NCBI GenBank assembly: GCA_049512075.1
Contig: JBEKXL010000009.1
Coordinates: forward strand, 27,967 to 91,966
Length of the DNA: 64,000 nt
DNA from: Candidatus Bathyarchaeia archaeon
Lineage (GTDB): Archaea; Thermoproteota; Bathyarchaeia; Bathyarchaeales; Bathycorpusculaceae
Direction of reading: 5' to 3'
Notes under the pieces: generated by a model
Database searches by the model: none
Told to the model about the DNA's origin: nothing
What the model saw: the letters and a program-made list of their open reading frames with translations, nothing else
Shown: piece by piece, positions 59,804-64,000 of the stretch
Layout: each line of letters begins with the position of its first letter
Numbering within the stretch: the first letter of the stretch is position 1
Made by a program: the position numbers and the translations under genes

Positions 59804-61213
59804 TCACCTTTCGTCCAGAACCTCTTCCAGAGCGTCTCTTAACCGTTCGATTTCTTGTCTAGAATGGATTTCCGTGACGCAGCAGAGACTGGTCTGACCT
59901 AGCTCTGGAAACTCTTTTGAGACGTCTCTGCCGCCGTGAACCTGATGTTGGAGAAGTTTCCTGTTGACCTCTTCTGCTGTTTGACCAGTTTCGTCAAAGT
60001 TGACTGTGAATTCTTTAAAGTGGGCAGAGTTGAAAACGGGGGTTCTGACGCCTTTTATCCTCGAAAGCAGTTGCATCGCGTAGTTGACCTTGTACATTAT
60101 TGTTTCTCCAAGCTGACGGAAGCCTTCAGGCCCGAGCAGGGCCATGTAGACCGCTGAGGCTACGGCGCATAGGGCTTCGTTGGTGCAGATGTTTGAAGTT
60201 GCTTTTTCGCGTCTGATGTGTTGTTCCCGGGTTTGCAGGGTCATGCAGAATCCCTGTCTGCTGTTGTCCTGCGTCGTTGTCAACCCGATTATTCTGCCAG
60301 GCATTTGGCGGATCAGGCTCATGTCGTCGCGGCAGGCCATGATTCCAAGCAGCGGGCCGCCGAAGTTCATTCCGTTGCCAAGCGGCTGAGCTTCGCCGAC
60401 GACGATGTCTGCGCCATATTCGGCCGGCGGTTTAAGGATCCCAAGGGATGTCGGATCGACTCCAACGATGAAGATTGAACCGTGAGAGTGAGTCTCCTTA
60501 CTTATATCTTCCACTTGTGGTTCGACGTAGCCCAGGTAGGACGGGTTTTCAACGTAAACTGCCGCTGTTTTGTCCGATATCTTGTTTTTCAAATCGTCAA
60601 GGTCCAGCTGTCCGTTTTCAGAGTTGTATCCGACCTGTCTGACCGTGATTCCTGCAGGTTCAGCGTAGACTTGCAGCGTTGCAGCTCTTTCCGGATGAAT
60701 GATTTTCGGAACTAGTATCTCATTTCGTCCCTTAACCCGAGTTGCCATGCGGGCGGCTTCGCCCAGTGCCGAGGCCCAATCGTACATTGAACAGTTGGAC
60801 ACTTCCATGCTTGTCAGTTCACACATCAGGCTCTGATATTCAAAAAGGGCTTGCAGCATACCTTGGGAGACCTCAGGCTGGTAGGGTGTGTAGGAGGTGA
60901 GGAATTCGCTGCGGCTCACGATTTCCTGCACGACCGCGGGCACGTAATGGGGCCAGCATCCCGCCCCAACGAAGACAGGCATGGTGTTGCACGACTTGTT
61001 TTTCGAAAGCAAAGCTTCAACGTGCTTTCTAACTTCAAACTCTGATAGTGATTTTTCTGGGAGATTCAACTGCTTTTTCAGGCGGTATTTTTCCGGCACG
61101 TCCGCGTAGAGTTCATCTATGCTTTTTATGCCCAATTCCAGCATCATTTCCAGTTTGGTGTCAGCCGCTGAATTGGGAATGTAGGGGTGACTGCGCTTGT
61201 CCAAGAGTTTCAC
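59804..61213 (-). CDS. gcvPA: Glycine dehydrogenase (decarboxylating) subunit 1
   Basis: FLTSYTPYQPEVSQG, LQTREQHIRREKATSNICTN. Confidence 0.97.
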   Translation of the reverse strand: MKLLDKRSHPYIPNSAADTKLEMMLELGIKSIDELYADVPEKYRLKKQLNLPEKSLSEFEVRKHVEALLSKNKSCNTMPVFVGAGCWPHYVPAVVQEIVSRSEFLTSYTPYQPEVSQGMLQALFEYQSLMCELTSMEVSNCSMYDWASALGEAARMATRVKGRNEILVPKIIHPERAATLQVYAEPAGITVRQVGYNSENGQLDLDDLKNKISDKTAAVYVENPSYLGYVEPQVEDISKETHSHGSIFIVGVDPTSLGILKPPAEYGADIVVGEAQPLGNGMNFGGPLLGIMACRDDMSLIRQMPGRIIGLTTTQDNSRQGFCMTLQTREQHIRREKATSNICTNEALCAVASAVYMALLGPEGFRQLGETIMYKVNYAMQLLSRIKGVRTPVFNSAHFKEFTVNFDETGQTAEEVNRKLLQHQVHGGRDVSKEFPELGQTSLCCVTEIHSRQEIERLRDALEEVLDER

Positions 61214-61996
61214 CGTTGAGAATGTACACTAACTCACGGTGGCTTCTTTAAGCTTTTTCAAGCAGCGTCAATTCTCATTACAAGAAAACCGAGTGTTCTT
61301 TTGAAGCCTTTTTCCGATTTAGCGCTGGTTTCCCTTTGTTGTGGCCGTTTCCTTTGGATGTCTAATGCCTCAGCTTGCGCTTCCTGCTGCGCCTGTCTCT
61401 CTTGACTGGAGGTTGTTTATGAATCCAAAATTAGACTCCCTGAACCTGGAGGAACTGGTTTTTATGGTCTATTTGATAAAACCTTTGTATAATAAACCGA
61501 GAGATGTAGATGAGTAGGCCAAAAGGTACAGTGGAAAGAACGTAGAACTCTAACAAAGATCCAATACCATCCTTCGCGATCATCTGCAAAAAGAAGATTC
61601 CATAACTCATTGTTTTACCGTCACGGAAATGAAACTTACACTAGTTTCGTCTCTTCACATTCATTACGACAAGTGCAGACAGGAAAAAGGTGAGGCCAAA
61701 CAGGATTGCATTGAACAAGCAATAAGAACGACTGCTAGAACGACTAATGGAACCCCAACTGAAATCGCTACTTTGCTTATCATGTGGTTACTTCAGGTTC
61801 TCTAATGGGTTAATAATGCAGAAATCCCAATATTACTTTTCGGTTGTTGTCTTGTACGGAGTAGCGCGCACGCTAATGCTCATGCGCATGCCCAAGAGAA
61901 ATAAAAGCCCAGGGCGACGGTGATTTATCGGTTCTTGCTATATTCCCCCATTCGAAATAACCATTGATTGTTCCTGAGGAAGATTCAGGTTGTGCG

Positions 61997-62224
61997 ATGA
62001 AAATGGTGAACTGTCCACACTGTGGCATGCCCTTAGTTAGAGATAGCAAATGTAGATATTTCTGCGAAAATGAAGGATGCCCAGTTGTGTTTGTGCACGC
62101 CCCCCATAACCCGTTTGGAAGGAAAGTGGCTTTCGCGTCTTCCGCAACGGGGGAAACAGTTAGAAAGACTCAAGAAGTTATGAGGGCAAGAAATCTCACT
62201 AATTTAGTCACTTCAGCTTCCTAG
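61997..62224 (+). CDS. Small Zn-ribbon protein
   Basis: CPHC...CENEGC. Confidence 0.55.
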   Translation: MKMVNCPHCGMPLVRDSKCRYFCENEGCPVVFVHAPHNPFGRKVAFASSATGETVRKTQEVMRARNLTNLVTSAS

Positions 62225-62438
62225 AAAGACAGTGGAACAAACTTTTAGTACACGTCAAAATTGCAGAAACATTACAAGAAGCATGTAAACTGTTGGAAAT
62301 AGGCTTTGAATAAATCGCGGACAGGGATGGAAAGAAACTGTTTAGAAAGAGAAAGTAACTGTCGATTTTATCCTTCAGGATCTCATTTTATAAGTCTTAA
62401 ATAGGATGGTGCGCCATGTTTCTGTTGAGGAATCTGTC

Positions 62439-62849
62439 TTGGGATACGACTATGAGGAGTTGTTGAAGAGGGCGCGTTCCCAGTTTCCAGAGATAGGTGT
62501 GAAGAGCGAGCGTTTAGAGATTCCTAGGTTGCACTATGCGAGAATAGGAATGCGCACAGTGATTTACAATTTTAAGGAAGTTGCTGACGCTTTGGATCGT
62601 GATCCACAGCACATGCTGAAGTTTTTGACTGGTGAGATGGCTACGGCCGCGACCGTGCAGGGGTCAAGGGTCATTTTTCAGGGGAAGTTTTCAGAAGACA
62701 CTTTTGGAAGGCTCATACACAGGTACTTGGAGAGTTACGTAGTATGTCCCGTTTGCAAGCGTCCGGACACGAAGATAGTGAAGGAGAAACGTCTGTCGTT
62801 TTTGGTGTGCCAAGCGTGTGGAGCAAGATCGTCGATTAAGCAACTTTGA
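62439..62849 (+). CDS. eif2b: Translation initiation factor aIF-2 beta subunit
   Basis: YEELLKRA, NFKEVADALDRDP, CPVCKRPDT..CQACGA. Confidence 0.95.
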   Translation: MGYDYEELLKRARSQFPEIGVKSERLEIPRLHYARIGMRTVIYNFKEVADALDRDPQHMLKFLTGEMATAATVQGSRVIFQGKFSEDTFGRLIHRYLESYVVCPVCKRPDTKIVKEKRLSFLVCQACGARSSIKQL

Positions 62850-63160
62850 GAGCGTCTTCAATATTGGAAGTGTACGTGAACATCAAAAAAATCGGCAGAA
62901 ACGTGTTGCTAGCCATATGCGACGTTGAAATCTTGGGGAGGACGCTGCGGGAGGGGAACATAGTCTTCTGCGTCAAAGAAGACTTTTACAAAGGCGCAAG
63001 AGTAGACGTCGAAGAAGCAGTGCCTATGATCGAAAACTCCAACATCGTGAACATGGTGGGCAGAAACGTCGTAAAGAAGGCGATAGAGAAGGGCTACGTT
63101 CATCCAGAAGCGGTTCTTAAAATAGAAGGGATACCGCACGCCCAAATCGTAAGACTTTGA
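62846..63160 (+). CDS. DUF424 family protein
   Basis: LLAICD.EILG, FYKG, VNMVG, IEGIPHAQ. Confidence 0.9.
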   Translation: MRASSILEVYVNIKKIGRNVLLAICDVEILGRTLREGNIVFCVKEDFYKGARVDVEEAVPMIENSNIVNMVGRNVVKKAIEKGYVHPEAVLKIEGIPHAQIVRL

Positions 63161-63513
63161 CCACACTGTTTTTCCGTGTAAGATCATACTGTTATTGTTT
63201 TCGCCTCTTAGAGTATTGTAGTGCACCCGCTATTACATCCATCGAAGCCAGCAAAGTGATGACCAAGGTAGCGTGGTTGAACTCGGCGCGCGCGCCAGCA
63301 GATGCTCGGAAAATCGCCCTTTTCTCACTACAGGCATAAGTCGTAATACTGTGGCCGTTCGCGGACGTTTGTACGAGCTTATTTGGGTTCAGCGTCGGCC
63401 GAGTCTGGCTTCTGAGTTAGTAGATGCTCTCCTGATTTTGCCTTGTCTTGGCGAACATAGTTTTAAAAGGAAGAAGTATACTTCTTTTAGGCAACTGCGT
63501 CCGGGGTGCTTGG

Positions 63514-63819
63514 TTGGGTAAGAAGAAGGTGCTGAGTGAAGGAGAACTGAACCAACTGGTGGTTCCTTCCGCAAACGATATTTTGGGCGTGGCTATAAAG
63601 TTGCTTGGTTATGACCGTATTCTCGTCAAGTGTCAGGATGGTAAAGAACGTTTGTGTCGCATTCGCGGAAAGATGAAGAGGCGGGTTTGGATACGTGAAG
63701 GAGACGTGGTTTTAGTGTCGCCTTGGGATTTTCAGTCTGACAAGCGTGGGGATGTGTTTTGGCGTTATACAAGAGCGCAGGCAGAAATGCTTCGCAAGAA
63801 GGGTTACATCACAATATAG
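63514..63819 (+). CDS. eif1a: Translation initiation factor aIF-1A
   Basis: CRIRGKMKRRVWIREGDVVLVSPWDFQ. Confidence 0.96.
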   Translation: MGKKKVLSEGELNQLVVPSANDILGVAIKLLGYDRILVKCQDGKERLCRIRGKMKRRVWIREGDVVLVSPWDFQSDKRGDVFWRYTRAQAEMLRKKGYITI

Positions 63820-64000
63820 TTCTTCGCTGACAATAAGCGAGGCGAACCTGATGAGCTATGGTAAACACGTGGATAGCGCGCTGCCTTGTCCCGAAATTGG
63901 TGTAAAATGGTAATAATTCTTGTTTTCGGGTTTAGGGGCAGTTTTGAGGCTCATATGTGTTTTTAGCCCTTCTGTGTGCCTTGACTTTCAAGATGGGCTA

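Overview
Archaeal chromosome segment. aIF-1A, aIF-2beta, DUF424, split gcvPA/gcvPB, a TACK-type SSB and a PEF-CTERM protein point to Bathyarchaeia (inferred). The left half is a ~33.4 kb integrated element (3113-36536) that splits an EVE/PUA-like host gene at a shared CCACTA core; joining the two halves in frame gives a 134-aa ORF. The element carries a tyrosine integrase, a fused B-A type IIB topoisomerase (Topo VIII-like), a P-loop replication NTPase bracketed by two mirror-image iteron modules, many small regulators, a 1422-aa DUF2341/Asp-box surface protein and a variable cargo region. The right half is host housekeeping DNA (pyrG, malic enzyme, ssb, rimI, gcvP, initiation factors) interrupted by three kinds of insert: an IS110-family element whose bridge-RNA guides can be read directly against its own target and donor junctions, a MITE (a second copy lies at 959-1119), and AT-rich foreign modules. 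A strongly over-represented (GC)4-5 palindrome recurs across the window and often sits at module boundaries and gene truncation points. All family calls come from motif recognition by eye; no database searches were run.
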